Assembly (NCBI GenBank): GCA_027062325.1
Contig: JAMOTN010000032.1
Span: 1-42,132 of the forward strand
Origin: a bacterium
GTDB taxonomy: Bacteria > JAMOTN01
DNA: 42,132 nucleotides
Direction: 5' to 3'
Shown piece by piece: positions 8,770 to 18,056 of the stretch; within the stretch, counting starts at the first letter, position 1, and the number at the start of each line of letters is the position of its first letter. The position numbers and the translations under genes were made by a program. The notes under the pieces were generated by a model. It saw nothing but the letters and a program-made list of their open reading frames with translations, did no database searches and was not told the origin of the DNA.

Positions 8770-9483
8770 ATGTTTTTAGATGTTGGATTTTCGCTGGAGA
8801 GAGGATTAGTGGGAGATAAGAATAGAGTTTTGCGAATAGAAGAGGTAGCTTATTGGAGAAAGTGTCAGTATTTTTGGAAGATGTGTGCAGAATTTTTTAC
8901 AGGAACTATGCCATGGCTTGAGGAAATTATAGCTTCTACTGAAACTGTAGTGCTTAGTGAAGAGAAGTTTCTCAGGAGGACTATGGCGATTACAGAGTTG
9001 CTTTATCGTCAGGGGGCTGATTTATGGAACGTTGCTACTTTTGGAAGAGTTGTGATGAGAAAGGGTGAAGCTTTTGGTAAGGATGCGTTGGCAATGTTTT
9101 TTGAAAAGAGTGGTTCTCTTTTACAAATATTGATTCCTGAGTTGTTTAATGAAGTTGAGAAGCAGCTGATAATAAACTTTGCTTATCACATTACGGGAGG
9201 GGTTGTATTTGAAGTTGTAGAAATAAAAGCAGAGGTTAATTCTGAAGTTTCTAGAAAAGGCATAGTAAAGGAAAATAAAGCGTCTTTCAGAGTTGTAAAT
9301 CGTCAGGAGATGATTTACCGTCCTGAGTTTGATGATGAGTTGGAGGACATTGTAAGAAGAATTGGCAAAGCTTTAAGTGGTAACTGGATATTTGAAAATG
9401 TTGGGGGAGTTAAAAGGTGTGCTGAATGTGTTCTCAAAAATTCATGTGATTGGGATTGGAGGAAAAGTGAGTTGTGGCGTTAG
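8770..9483 (+). CDS. Hypothetical protein; degenerate PD-(D/E)xK (Cas4/AddB-like) fold with four-Cys motif
   Basis: N-terminal RIEEVAYWRKCQYFW plus C-terminal CAECVLKNSC (CxxCx5C), and a KQL..x.Y-like motif. No clear (D/E)xK. Confidence 0.5.
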   Translation: MFLDVGFSLERGLVGDKNRVLRIEEVAYWRKCQYFWKMCAEFFTGTMPWLEEIIASTETVVLSEEKFLRRTMAITELLYRQGADLWNVATFGRVVMRKGEAFGKDALAMFFEKSGSLLQILIPELFNEVEKQLIINFAYHITGGVVFEVVEIKAEVNSEVSRKGIVKENKASFRVVNRQEMIYRPEFDDELEDIVRRIGKALSGNWIFENVGGVKRCAECVLKNSCDWDWRKSELWR

Positions 9484-9523
9484 GGGTGTTTGAGTTTGCA
9501 GGAATTTTTGGGGAGGGATAGTT

Positions 9524-10486
9524 ATGAAAGTTGTGGTGAGTGGTATAAGGCCAACAGGACCGTTGCACATAGGGCATCTTATGGGGGTGCTTGATAATTG
9601 GAAAAAGCTTCAAGGGGAATATGAGTGTTTCTTTCTTTTGGCGGATTGGCATGTGTTGACTGATAGGTTGAATACCGCAGAAGTTCCACAAAATGAAATT
9701 TTGATAACTAAACAGATAATTGCTTCAGGGGTGGATCCTGAGAAAGTGGTGCTGTTCAGACAGGCAAAGGTGAAAGAACATGCTGAGCTGTTTTTGCTGT
9801 TTTCGATGGTTATAACGGTGCCATTTCTTGAGAGAAATCCTACTATAAAAGAAATGCTTGCAGAAAGGGATATACCTTTGTCATTTGGATTGATGGGGTA
9901 CCCTGTTTTACAGGCTGCGGATATTTTGCTTTACAAAGCGGAATATGTTCCTGTTGGTGTGGATCAGTTACCCCATCTTGAGTTGACTCGTGAAATAGCT
10001 AGGCGTTTTAATCGTGCTTTTGGAACGGATTTTCCAGAGCCGGAGCCACTTCTTTCAAAGACTCCAAAGCTTCTCGGAATAGATAATAGAAAGATGAGTA
10101 AGAGTTATGACAATGCAATATGGCTTAATGAAGATCCAGCTGATATAAGTGCCAAGATATCGCGCATGGTTACAGATCCGGCGCGTGTTAGAAAAAGTGA
10201 TCCAGGACATCCTGAGGTGTGTAATGTGTTTTCCTGGCATAAAGTATTTAATACAAATGAGGTTGCCTCTATTGAAGAGGATTGTCGTCAAGCAAAGATA
10301 GGTTGTGTTCAGTGTAAAAAGAGATTGGCTGAGGTGATAATTGAATTGACAGAGCCATTTAGAGAGATAGAAAGTAAAATTTCTGATTCCGATGTGGAAG
10401 AGATTTTGAGACGTGGGGAGGATATAGCGCGCCAAAGGGCTCGAGAAGTTATGGAGATGGTACGAAAGCTTGTAAAAATTGGCTAA
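9524..10486 (+). CDS. trpS: Tryptophan--tRNA ligase
   Basis: SGIRPTGPLHIGH (HIGH), YPVLQAADIL, VPVGVDQLPHLE, KMSKS. Confidence 0.98.
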   Translation: MKVVVSGIRPTGPLHIGHLMGVLDNWKKLQGEYECFFLLADWHVLTDRLNTAEVPQNEILITKQIIASGVDPEKVVLFRQAKVKEHAELFLLFSMVITVPFLERNPTIKEMLAERDIPLSFGLMGYPVLQAADILLYKAEYVPVGVDQLPHLELTREIARRFNRAFGTDFPEPEPLLSKTPKLLGIDNRKMSKSYDNAIWLNEDPADISAKISRMVTDPARVRKSDPGHPEVCNVFSWHKVFNTNEVASIEEDCRQAKIGCVQCKKRLAEVIIELTEPFREIESKISDSDVEEILRRGEDIARQRAREVMEMVRKLVKIG

Positions 10487-11120
10487 GGCAGGAGATCTTT
10501 CGGTGAAATGGGATTTTTTGCCAGAAGATGTTGATGTTTTGTGGAAGACTTTGAAAAGCGGACGTGTGTCGCTTGAGGAGTTGCGTGTAGATGTTTTAAT
10601 GGATGGCTTGTTGAAGCTGACACAGGTGGGGGCTGTTGACTCTTTTCGCTTTACTGAAATAATGCTTTTGTTAGTGAAGCTCATTTTGCTTAAGTTGCGC
10701 CTTTATTTTCCAGATTTGTTTAGCGTTAGAGTTGAGAGAAAAGAGGTTGAGAAAGATTATAGGTTAACGTACTTGGCTCTACAACTTGCTCGTATTCATG
10801 GTGAAAAGTTTTATACTTCTATAAAAGTTAAAAGTAAGAAAGAAGTAGTTGTTTTAATGTCTGATTTGTTGAAACACATATTTTCTTTGAAAAAGGGGGA
10901 TGATGAGTTAGAGGAGATAGAATATGAATGGTTGGGATTTGAAAAGGCACTTGAGATTTTAATAGAGCTGATAAAAAGGAGCAGGAGTGTTAATATCAAA
11001 TTTGAAGATAAAAAGCAGGCTGTTGAACTGTTTGTGACTCTTTTAATGGCTATAAGGAGTGGCGAAGTTGGATTTGATAAGAGAACTGGAGAAGTTGTTG
11101 TTAGAAAAGGGCAGGGTTAG
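10479..11120 (+). CDS. scpA: Segregation/condensation protein A (divergent kleisin)
   Basis: Lies between trpS and scpB. Weak ScpA-like N-terminus and winged-helix-like C-terminus (VELFVTLLMAIRSGEV). Confidence 0.6.
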   Translation: MAKAGDLSVKWDFLPEDVDVLWKTLKSGRVSLEELRVDVLMDGLLKLTQVGAVDSFRFTEIMLLLVKLILLKLRLYFPDLFSVRVERKEVEKDYRLTYLALQLARIHGEKFYTSIKVKSKKEVVVLMSDLLKHIFSLKKGDDELEEIEYEWLGFEKALEILIELIKRSRSVNIKFEDKKQAVELFVTLLMAIRSGEVGFDKRTGEVVVRKGQG

Positions 11121-11625
11121 AATAGAATTGTTGCTTGATGAGTTGAAAAAGAAGTTTGGAGGAGAGTTAAAAGTTGAGGATGTAAAAAATGCTGCACAAA
11201 AGCTTGATGAGTTGTTTTTAAAAGAAGGACATCCTATACGTGTTCTTATTGGAAAAAGATATGTTGAATTGGTTGTGGAGGGAAGTGGTAAGCCTCAAAA
11301 ACTTCCTGCAAGTTGCTATGAGGTTTTAGCTGTACTTGCGATGTATGGGAATTTAACGCGCTCGGAGATTGAGAAAATAAGAGGTGTGACTAGTGCAAAG
11401 CCGATAGCGCGTTTATTGGAGCTTGGACTTATTGAAGTGAAAGGAAAGGTTGAAGGGATTACTAAGGATTACTACATTTATGGATTGAGTGATGAGTTTT
11501 TAAAAGAGATGGGTTTTTTGAATTGGAAGGAGTTTGAAGAGTTCAGGGGTGCGATTGATGATGAGTTGGGAAAAAGTTTGAGTGGTGATGAGGGAGTTGA
11601 TGGGTCGAAGGATGGTAAGGATTAG
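11068..11625 (+). CDS. scpB: SMC-Scp complex subunit ScpB
   Basis: EVLAVLA...TRSEIEKIRGVTS...LLELGLI...Y..SDEFL..MG is the ScpB pattern. TTG 11068 follows AAGGAG and overlaps the end of scpA. Confidence 0.88.
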   Translation: MDLIRELEKLLLEKGRVRIELLLDELKKKFGGELKVEDVKNAAQKLDELFLKEGHPIRVLIGKRYVELVVEGSGKPQKLPASCYEVLAVLAMYGNLTRSEIEKIRGVTSAKPIARLLELGLIEVKGKVEGITKDYYIYGLSDEFLKEMGFLNWKEFEEFRGAIDDELGKSLSGDEGVDGSKDGKD

Positions 11626-11629
11626 GTGG

Positions 11630-12514
11630 TTAATAAATTTTGAAATTGGGTTTAACAAACCAGGGAAGTGAATGGTGACTTTTTCTCCATGTTGTAATCC
11701 ATCTTTTAGTTTGAGGGTTTGCTAGGTTACCGGAACCGGGGTTGATAATTTGGTTGTTGTCTTTTAAGCGAAAGTGCCTGTTTATTATATCCAGCTCAAT
11801 TTCTCGTAAATATTTAGCCACAACGCTGGCTGCCTTGACTTCTGCAAATTTTTCATCGGCTTTTTTTTCGATGAGGAGCTTTGAGTCTGGAATGGTGATA
11901 CGTTTTTTGTTGATTCCAAAGTCATCTATTACGAATATTCTAGAGGAATTTTTAGGAAGTAGCTTGCTCACATTTTTAATTAAATTGTACACTTCAAATG
12001 TCAGTATGGTGTTGTAATTACCTATGACGAGTTTAGCTGGTAGTATTCTGTTTGCTACTACGAGTTGGGAGTTATTTAGAATTGTGAAAAATTGTTTTCT
12101 CCAAAAATTTATGGAGCGCTTGCCGGATTTTGTGTTTGCAATTTCAGATGGAGAAAGCTTGCAGTTAACAATTGCAACTTGCCAGATACTTCCGAAGAGT
12201 TCGCCTTTTCCTGCTTCATCCACTCCTATTGTGAAGTTGTATTTCTGCTGTAATGGTTGATTAGGTTGAGCTTGTATTGATGGAAAGTTTAGTATGGAGT
12301 GAAACTTTTCCAATAGCTCTTGTGAGTTTGTTGTTATTGAAAAACTGCTGTCTTTTTTGTGATATATCACTACTGTTGCTCTATCTTTCTCGAAACGGGC
12401 AAATTCCCATACAGAGTTTACCGAAAGTTTAGAAAAGTTTTTGCTGATAAGAAATTGGATAATCTTTTCAATATCTTCTTTAGATAATTTTTTAATTGAT
12501 AACATACCTATCAC
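11630..12514 (-). CDS. rnhC: Ribonuclease HII/HIII family protein (HIII-like architecture)
   Basis: IGVDEAGKGELFG, VIDDFG and KADEKFAEVKAASVVAK motifs. About 90-aa N-terminal extension resembling the HIII TBP-like domain. Confidence 0.72.
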   Translation of the reverse strand: MIGMLSIKKLSKEDIEKIIQFLISKNFSKLSVNSVWEFARFEKDRATVVIYHKKDSSFSITTNSQELLEKFHSILNFPSIQAQPNQPLQQKYNFTIGVDEAGKGELFGSIWQVAIVNCKLSPSEIANTKSGKRSINFWRKQFFTILNNSQLVVANRILPAKLVIGNYNTILTFEVYNLIKNVSKLLPKNSSRIFVIDDFGINKKRITIPDSKLLIEKKADEKFAEVKAASVVAKYLREIELDIINRHFRLKDNNQIINPGSGNLANPQTKRWITTWRKSHHSLPWFVKPNFKIY

Positions 12515-12570
12515 CTTGTTTGATAAAATAAAAAAAGTGAAGTTTTTGGGTGAGTTTGGAGGTGATACTT

Positions 12571-13683
12571 GTGAAAAATTTTAACAAAAATTTATTGGTT
12601 GTCGCTGGAGTTGTGCTTCTTATTCTTGGAGGGTTGATCTTTATTTTTAAGGGAGGTAAGAAAGGTTTGGAATTGGGAATAGAAAAAATTGCAGAGGTGC
12701 AGTTCAAAACTCCTTTTGTTTTGAAGGTCGGAGAAGATTATGTTTTTAAGGGAAAACTTTATATGCCTGATGTTTTAGATCCTGAGTATGCTGAGTACAA
12801 GGTTATAGATCTTGAGAATGGCAAAGTAAAAGCTTATAAGATAGAGGCTGATATTGATAACTCTATGGCTTTTATAAACTTTTCAAACTTTGGCGCGGTA
12901 GAATTTAATTTGGAACTTGATGATGCTACTCAAAGCACTTTTGTTCTTTGGAATGGTGATAAAAAGGAGTTTGGAGTTACCAGTTTTTCAGATAATATGG
13001 ATGCTAATAAGATTGACATGTTGGGAGCCACGGTTGTAAATGGAGTGGCATACTTTAGTATGCAGGATGGAGTTTGGGCAGTTGATCCTGAAGGAAATGT
13101 TAAGAAGTGGGAGTATGGTGGCTTGAGTATTTACAAGGAAAATGAAAAAGTGAGATATGTGATTGGTAATAAAACTGTTGCAGAGAAGAATTTTGGATTT
13201 GATATTGGTAATCTTTCCAAAGATTTTGGGGAAAGGCAGCAAGGTAGATTTTATTTTGGGAGAGTTAAGCCTCAAAAAGAGGAAAAATTTGAGTTTGTTT
13301 CCTATCGCGTTTTTAAAAGTAGTAAAGGATATACTGGCTATGCAGCAACTACTGGAGTTTACTTACTTAGCAGTGATGAGATTATAACGGGATATGGAAC
13401 TAAAGTCCTTGTGTTTTCAAGGGATGCTCTATTTTTGAAAGTTCTAGACTTTTCTTCAGTTTTTAGTAAAAAAATGAAAAAGTCCACAGGAGTTGTAAAG
13501 GTGTGGGATACAGTAGTAACTTCAGAAGTTGCCTACTCGGTAAAAGATTTAGCTGGAAGTGTAGTGAAATGTTCTTTGTTAAGCGCGAAGAAGGTGAAAG
13601 GTAAAGGTGAAGATAAATGTATTGCTATCCTTGGTTTGGTGACGGGGGATAAAAAGCTTGTGGTATTGAAAGTGGTGTTTTAG
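12571..13683 (+). CDS. Hypothetical membrane-anchored beta-rich protein
   Basis: GGAGGTG RBS before GTG 12571, single N-terminal TM helix, body rich in beta-strand-like segments. Confidence 0.72.
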   Translation: MKNFNKNLLVVAGVVLLILGGLIFIFKGGKKGLELGIEKIAEVQFKTPFVLKVGEDYVFKGKLYMPDVLDPEYAEYKVIDLENGKVKAYKIEADIDNSMAFINFSNFGAVEFNLELDDATQSTFVLWNGDKKEFGVTSFSDNMDANKIDMLGATVVNGVAYFSMQDGVWAVDPEGNVKKWEYGGLSIYKENEKVRYVIGNKTVAEKNFGFDIGNLSKDFGERQQGRFYFGRVKPQKEEKFEFVSYRVFKSSKGYTGYAATTGVYLLSSDEIITGYGTKVLVFSRDALFLKVLDFSSVFSKKMKKSTGVVKVWDTVVTSEVAYSVKDLAGSVVKCSLLSAKKVKGKGEDKCIAILGLVTGDKKLVVLKVVF

Positions 13684-13694
13684 GGGGGCTGGTT

Positions 13695-14501
13695 ATGAAG
13701 TGGATTTTGCCAATACTAGTTGTATGTATGATTGCTTTTGCAGAGAGTGAATTTGATTTTAGTTTTGATGAGAGTTCGAATTCGAAGAGTGATTCAGCCC
13801 AAGTTAGAAAAGAGGTGGCTAATAAAAGCGATAGTCGGGTTACTAGTCAGCCTAATAACGTAAAAAAAATTAAAGTTGATAAAACTTCTATTGGTGTTTC
13901 TAAACTTAACTCTACTCCTAAGAAAAAAGAAAAATCTCAACTTGAGAAAGTTGATTTGCGGGATTTGATGTATGTGACTGCAATTAAGAGACTGTGCACC
14001 AAGCAGCCTGAGCTTTGTAAGGGTTGCAAAGAGTGTGAAAAAATTGTGAATCTTAAAATTAAAAGTTACGAGGATTACGTACAAAACGCTGAATTGATAA
14101 AAAAAGCTAAGGAGATTTACACGTCTTTGAAGGCAAGGAAGGAAAAAAAATTTGAAAATAACTATAGGTTTAAAAAACTGCTTAGTTTAGTTAAGAGGTT
14201 AAAGGAGGATGTCTTCAAACTTACTCAGACGCAGGTTTTGGGTATCCAAAATGAGTATGTTGATGGAGGTTATGAATACGTTATTAATAACTTGCCGCGT
14301 GCTGAAAGGATGGCAATAGATTTGGAACTTGTATATTACACGTTAGATTGCATGGAAAAGTGGCTTGTTAGAAAAAATATGGTTTTGGTATTGAAGTTAA
14401 ATAAGTGGTTGGAAGAGTATGTTAGTAATTTGCACAGTGAAGTTGTAAAAGGAGTTGTGAAAAGTTTTTTGGATGAAGTTAAGGGGTTGCTTGCTGAGTG
14501 A
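13695..14501 (+). CDS. Hypothetical exported protein
   Basis: Signal peptide ending AFA, Ser/Lys-rich linker, Cys cluster C-x6-CxxCxxC, helical remainder. Confidence 0.72.
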   Translation: MKWILPILVVCMIAFAESEFDFSFDESSNSKSDSAQVRKEVANKSDSRVTSQPNNVKKIKVDKTSIGVSKLNSTPKKKEKSQLEKVDLRDLMYVTAIKRLCTKQPELCKGCKECEKIVNLKIKSYEDYVQNAELIKKAKEIYTSLKARKEKKFENNYRFKKLLSLVKRLKEDVFKLTQTQVLGIQNEYVDGGYEYVINNLPRAERMAIDLELVYYTLDCMEKWLVRKNMVLVLKLNKWLEEYVSNLHSEVVKGVVKSFLDEVKGLLAE

Positions 14502-14529
14502 TTGGTTAAGTAAGTGGGAGGGAATGAAT

Positions 14530-16677
14530 ATGAGAATATCAGTTTTGCTAATTTTAGTGGCTTTTTTAACTTTGGCTAATGGAGTTGCTGAGTTTGAAGA
14601 GAAGCTAATTGCAAAGTATCATTCGATGCTGGATAGCTTATTCAAAGGTATGCACTACGTAAAAACTATTCAGAAGGATTATTTTGGCCGCACTTATGAA
14701 AGTTGGGAATCGGTTGGCGAGCCTGATAGTGAACTTGTTAGACGAAAAATTGATGCTTTTGAAGCAAGTATTCCCGAGAATGTTGTTTACGAGTATTATC
14801 TTAATGATCCTACAAATATAACAAGAAGGACGTTTGAGTGCTTGCCTTTGGTAGTAGTTATATCCCGCCTTGCAGCAGATGATATGAGAGTGGATGTATT
14901 CGATCAGCTTTTGGCTGTGGTTGATTCTTTATATGAGGATCCGTCTGAGAAGGTGTGGAAAGCATGGGCTCCCTATGACTATTACAGGTACAAGGCAGCT
15001 CAAAAGGTGGGGTTATCCTGGGATAAAGGGAATATGAATTATGAGCAGGTGTTTTTAGTAATAGGTTTACCGGCTCTTGTGACCAATCTTCTTGCTATGG
15101 ATGAGGAAGGGTGGGAAGATGCAATTTACGATAAGGAGTTTAAGTTGCCCGTTAAAATAGGCTTTGAACTTTCGGCTTCAAAGGATTACTTCTTGCCTTC
15201 TGAGTTCAGAAAAAGGTTTCTTTACTACAATAAGCATTATCTGAGTATAGAAGGTATGTGGAGAGGTAGGAGAGCTCGATTAGAAAATTTTAGATTGCAG
15301 CTTAAACCTGTTGTGAAGAGGGCAATAGTTAAGGTGATGGCTCGGAAAGTTGAGGAAAAAGGGAAAGAAAATTTATTGGAGGTATGGGCTTACTGGAAGG
15401 ATAAAAGAGGGGAGGTTCATAATTTGTTGCGTGGACGTGTAAATAAAAAATTTTTCTATTCGAAATTTTTAAAACAGATAAAATTACTTGAGAAGCTTGC
15501 TAAGTCTCCGGATAGCTACATAAAAGTTACATATGATAAAGAAACAGGTCGTGTTAAATTGGATGTTGATCCGAACTTGAAATTATTTGTAAGGGAAATG
15601 ATGGGAAGTGGAGAGAAAAGAAGTCGTGTGACGTTTATACTCGATTGGCATCCACGTTTTATATGGGATGTTACTGCAAAGAAACTTAATGATAGGGGAG
15701 TCGAGTTAAGGTTGTGGTTTGATGATAGAATCAAGTATTTTGCGCGTGCTAGAGATGTGAAAAAGGCTGATAAGGTGATGAAGTGCTATGCAGCAACTTT
15801 CTCTCCTGTCAATGCAGTGTTTGAACGTTATGAACTGTGCTCTCAGTGGTTTGAAGACAGTGTTGATCAAGCAGTTGATGAGTTGATAGGAGCTTTTGTG
15901 GATATGCTTGAGGTAGATGAGAATACATCGGAAGGAGTTGAAAAAGCTTGGGAAAAGGTTGCAGATAAGATAAAAGATTCAAAACAGGCTAAAAAGATAA
16001 AACAAGCGTGTAGGCGTTATTTGAAGCGCTTGAAAGTAAAAAATCGCGTGTTTCTGATGAGAGTTAAATCTGTTCTGGTGTATCTGCTTGGAGAGCTAAA
16101 ATTGGTTGTTGCTGATGCAGCTGGAGATGCTGCGAAAGAAAAGGTTGAGGAGTTTCTGAATGCGATTAAAAATAGGACAAAGATTACTGAAAAGCTAGGG
16201 AAGGCTTTAAAAGGTGCTATGGACAAGGATAATGTTGAAAGGACTAATAATGCTTATTATAAGATTGAAAGAGCAGTTTTGAATGGAAGGACACCTAGTA
16301 TTGATTATTCAGAGGTTGGAAGAAGATTACGTGAGATATTGCAGAAATATGAAGAAGAAAATATTAAAGGGGATACTTTCGAGTGGTTTGATTTTGCTCA
16401 GTCGATTGGTAGTAGTATGGAGAGTGCACAGGAAGAGTTTGAAGATAATTTGGAAGAGGTGTTTCCGAGTAAGCAGTTGGCTGATGAGTTCATGGATGCT
16501 TTTGAAGAGACTCCTTATTACAAAGTGGTTGAGATGTGGGGATTGGTTGGGAAAATATTGGCTAAGGGGTTTGCACTGTTAAAGGTTTATCAGTCACTTC
16601 AGATGCTTAAAGATTATGCTCATTTACGTAGTATGATGATGGGTGAGATGTGGAGAATATTTGTGCGCGGAAAGTGA
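14530..16677 (+). CDS. Large hypothetical exported protein, mostly alpha-helical
   Basis: GGGAGGG RBS before ATG 14530, signal peptide MRISVLLILVAFLTLANG, long open frame. Confidence 0.75.
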   Translation: MRISVLLILVAFLTLANGVAEFEEKLIAKYHSMLDSLFKGMHYVKTIQKDYFGRTYESWESVGEPDSELVRRKIDAFEASIPENVVYEYYLNDPTNITRRTFECLPLVVVISRLAADDMRVDVFDQLLAVVDSLYEDPSEKVWKAWAPYDYYRYKAAQKVGLSWDKGNMNYEQVFLVIGLPALVTNLLAMDEEGWEDAIYDKEFKLPVKIGFELSASKDYFLPSEFRKRFLYYNKHYLSIEGMWRGRRARLENFRLQLKPVVKRAIVKVMARKVEEKGKENLLEVWAYWKDKRGEVHNLLRGRVNKKFFYSKFLKQIKLLEKLAKSPDSYIKVTYDKETGRVKLDVDPNLKLFVREMMGSGEKRSRVTFILDWHPRFIWDVTAKKLNDRGVELRLWFDDRIKYFARARDVKKADKVMKCYAATFSPVNAVFERYELCSQWFEDSVDQAVDELIGAFVDMLEVDENTSEGVEKAWEKVADKIKDSKQAKKIKQACRRYLKRLKVKNRVFLMRVKSVLVYLLGELKLVVADAAGDAAKEKVEEFLNAIKNRTKITEKLGKALKGAMDKDNVERTNNAYYKIERAVLNGRTPSIDYSEVGRRLREILQKYEEENIKGDTFEWFDFAQSIGSSMESAQEEFEDNLEEVFPSKQLADEFMDAFEETPYYKVVEMWGLVGKILAKGFALLKVYQSLQMLKDYAHLRSMMMGEMWRIFVRGK

Positions 16678-16704
16678 TGGGGGTAGAAAGGTTGGTGGAA
16701 TAGT

Positions 16705-18018
16705 ATGAAGTTGCCTAGAGTTGCAATAGTTGGTAGGCCAAATGTTGGAAAGTCGACGTTATTCAACAGGATATTAGGGTGGCGTAAGTCAATAGTTACA
16801 GATATAGCTGGAACTACACGCGATAGAACACAGGATGTTGCAGAGTGGGATGGTGAAAACTTTTTATTGATAGATACTGGTGGTATAGTGCCAGATGCAG
16901 ACAGTGAACTTGAGGAATTGATTACCCATCAAGCTTTAATAGGGGTAGAAAATGCTGATCTTGTCTTGTTCGTGGTTGATGGGAGAGAAGGGGTCTTGCC
17001 TACGGATGAAGATATAAGGGATATACTCCTACGTTATTCGAAACCTTATGTAGTTGTTGTAAATAAGATGGAAGATAAGATAAAGGATGAGAATTTGGCT
17101 GAATTTTACATTTTAGGTGAGGATGTAATAGGAGTTAGTGCAGAGCATGGCCAAAACATTGGGACACTTCTTGATAGAGTGTTGGAATTGATTAAGAAGT
17201 GTGGTTTGAAGGGGAAGGAAGAGTTGGAAGAGGAGCTAAAAATTGCCATTGTGGGACGCGTCAATGTTGGAAAATCAACTTACTTGAATGCGGTTGTAGG
17301 TTACTCACGCTCTGTTGTATCTGAGGTTGCTGGAACCACCAGGGATGTGGTAGATGAGATAATAAAAACTCCATATGGAATAGTGCGCCTCCTTGATACA
17401 GCTGGGATCAGAAAGAAACCGAAAAGTAGCATTGAATTTTATGGAATAAGAAGAGCTCAGAAGGCGATTTACAGAGCAGATGTTGTACTTTTTATGCTGG
17501 ATGCAACAGAAGGGGTAGTTTCTCAGGACTTGAGGATAGCAGGACTGATTCAAGAGGCTGCAAAGCCTGCAGTTGCAGTTTTTAACAAGTGGGATTTGAC
17601 GGATAGAGATGATGCTACTGTGAATAAATTGAGAGATGAATTTCGTAGTAGATGCTATTTTCTATCCTATTTACCGCTATTTTTTGTTTCTGCAAAGGAT
17701 AGAGTGAGAGTATTTAAACCAATTGCTAAGGCTTTTGAAGTTTATGAAAAGGCAAAGCAACGTGTCCGAACTGCAGACTTTAATACGTTTTTGCAAGATA
17801 TAATGTTTGGCTTTCCAATGCCTTCTAAAGGGAAAAGGCGTTTGAAGGTATTGTATGGTACGCAAGTTGCCACGCTTCCACCGCGGTTTGTGATATTTGT
17901 TAATCATCTGGATCTTGTTCAGCAAAATCTTATTAACTATATTGAGCAAAGAATTCGTGAGGTGTGGGATTTTGAAGGAGTGCCTGTGTTGTTGAGTTTT
18001 AGACAAAGGAAAAGATAA
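16705..18018 (+). CDS. der: Ribosome biogenesis GTPase Der (EngA)
   Basis: Two tandem G domains (GRPNVGKS/DTGG/NKME and GRVNVGKS/DTAG/NKWD) and a KH-like C-terminus (PPRFVIF..FEGVP). Confidence 0.98.
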   Translation: MKLPRVAIVGRPNVGKSTLFNRILGWRKSIVTDIAGTTRDRTQDVAEWDGENFLLIDTGGIVPDADSELEELITHQALIGVENADLVLFVVDGREGVLPTDEDIRDILLRYSKPYVVVVNKMEDKIKDENLAEFYILGEDVIGVSAEHGQNIGTLLDRVLELIKKCGLKGKEELEEELKIAIVGRVNVGKSTYLNAVVGYSRSVVSEVAGTTRDVVDEIIKTPYGIVRLLDTAGIRKKPKSSIEFYGIRRAQKAIYRADVVLFMLDATEGVVSQDLRIAGLIQEAAKPAVAVFNKWDLTDRDDATVNKLRDEFRSRCYFLSYLPLFFVSAKDRVRVFKPIAKAFEVYEKAKQRVRTADFNTFLQDIMFGFPMPSKGKRRLKVLYGTQVATLPPRFVIFVNHLDLVQQNLINYIEQRIREVWDFEGVPVLLSFRQRKR

Positions 18019-18056
18019 GGGGTAAGAAATTGAATATATACAAGGGGGGGAATTTT

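Noticed and set aside
8770-9483. CRISPR-Cas locus suggested by the Cas4-like cysteines
   Set aside because: No repeat-spacer array or other cas genes were seen, and all intergenic gaps are under about 180 nt.
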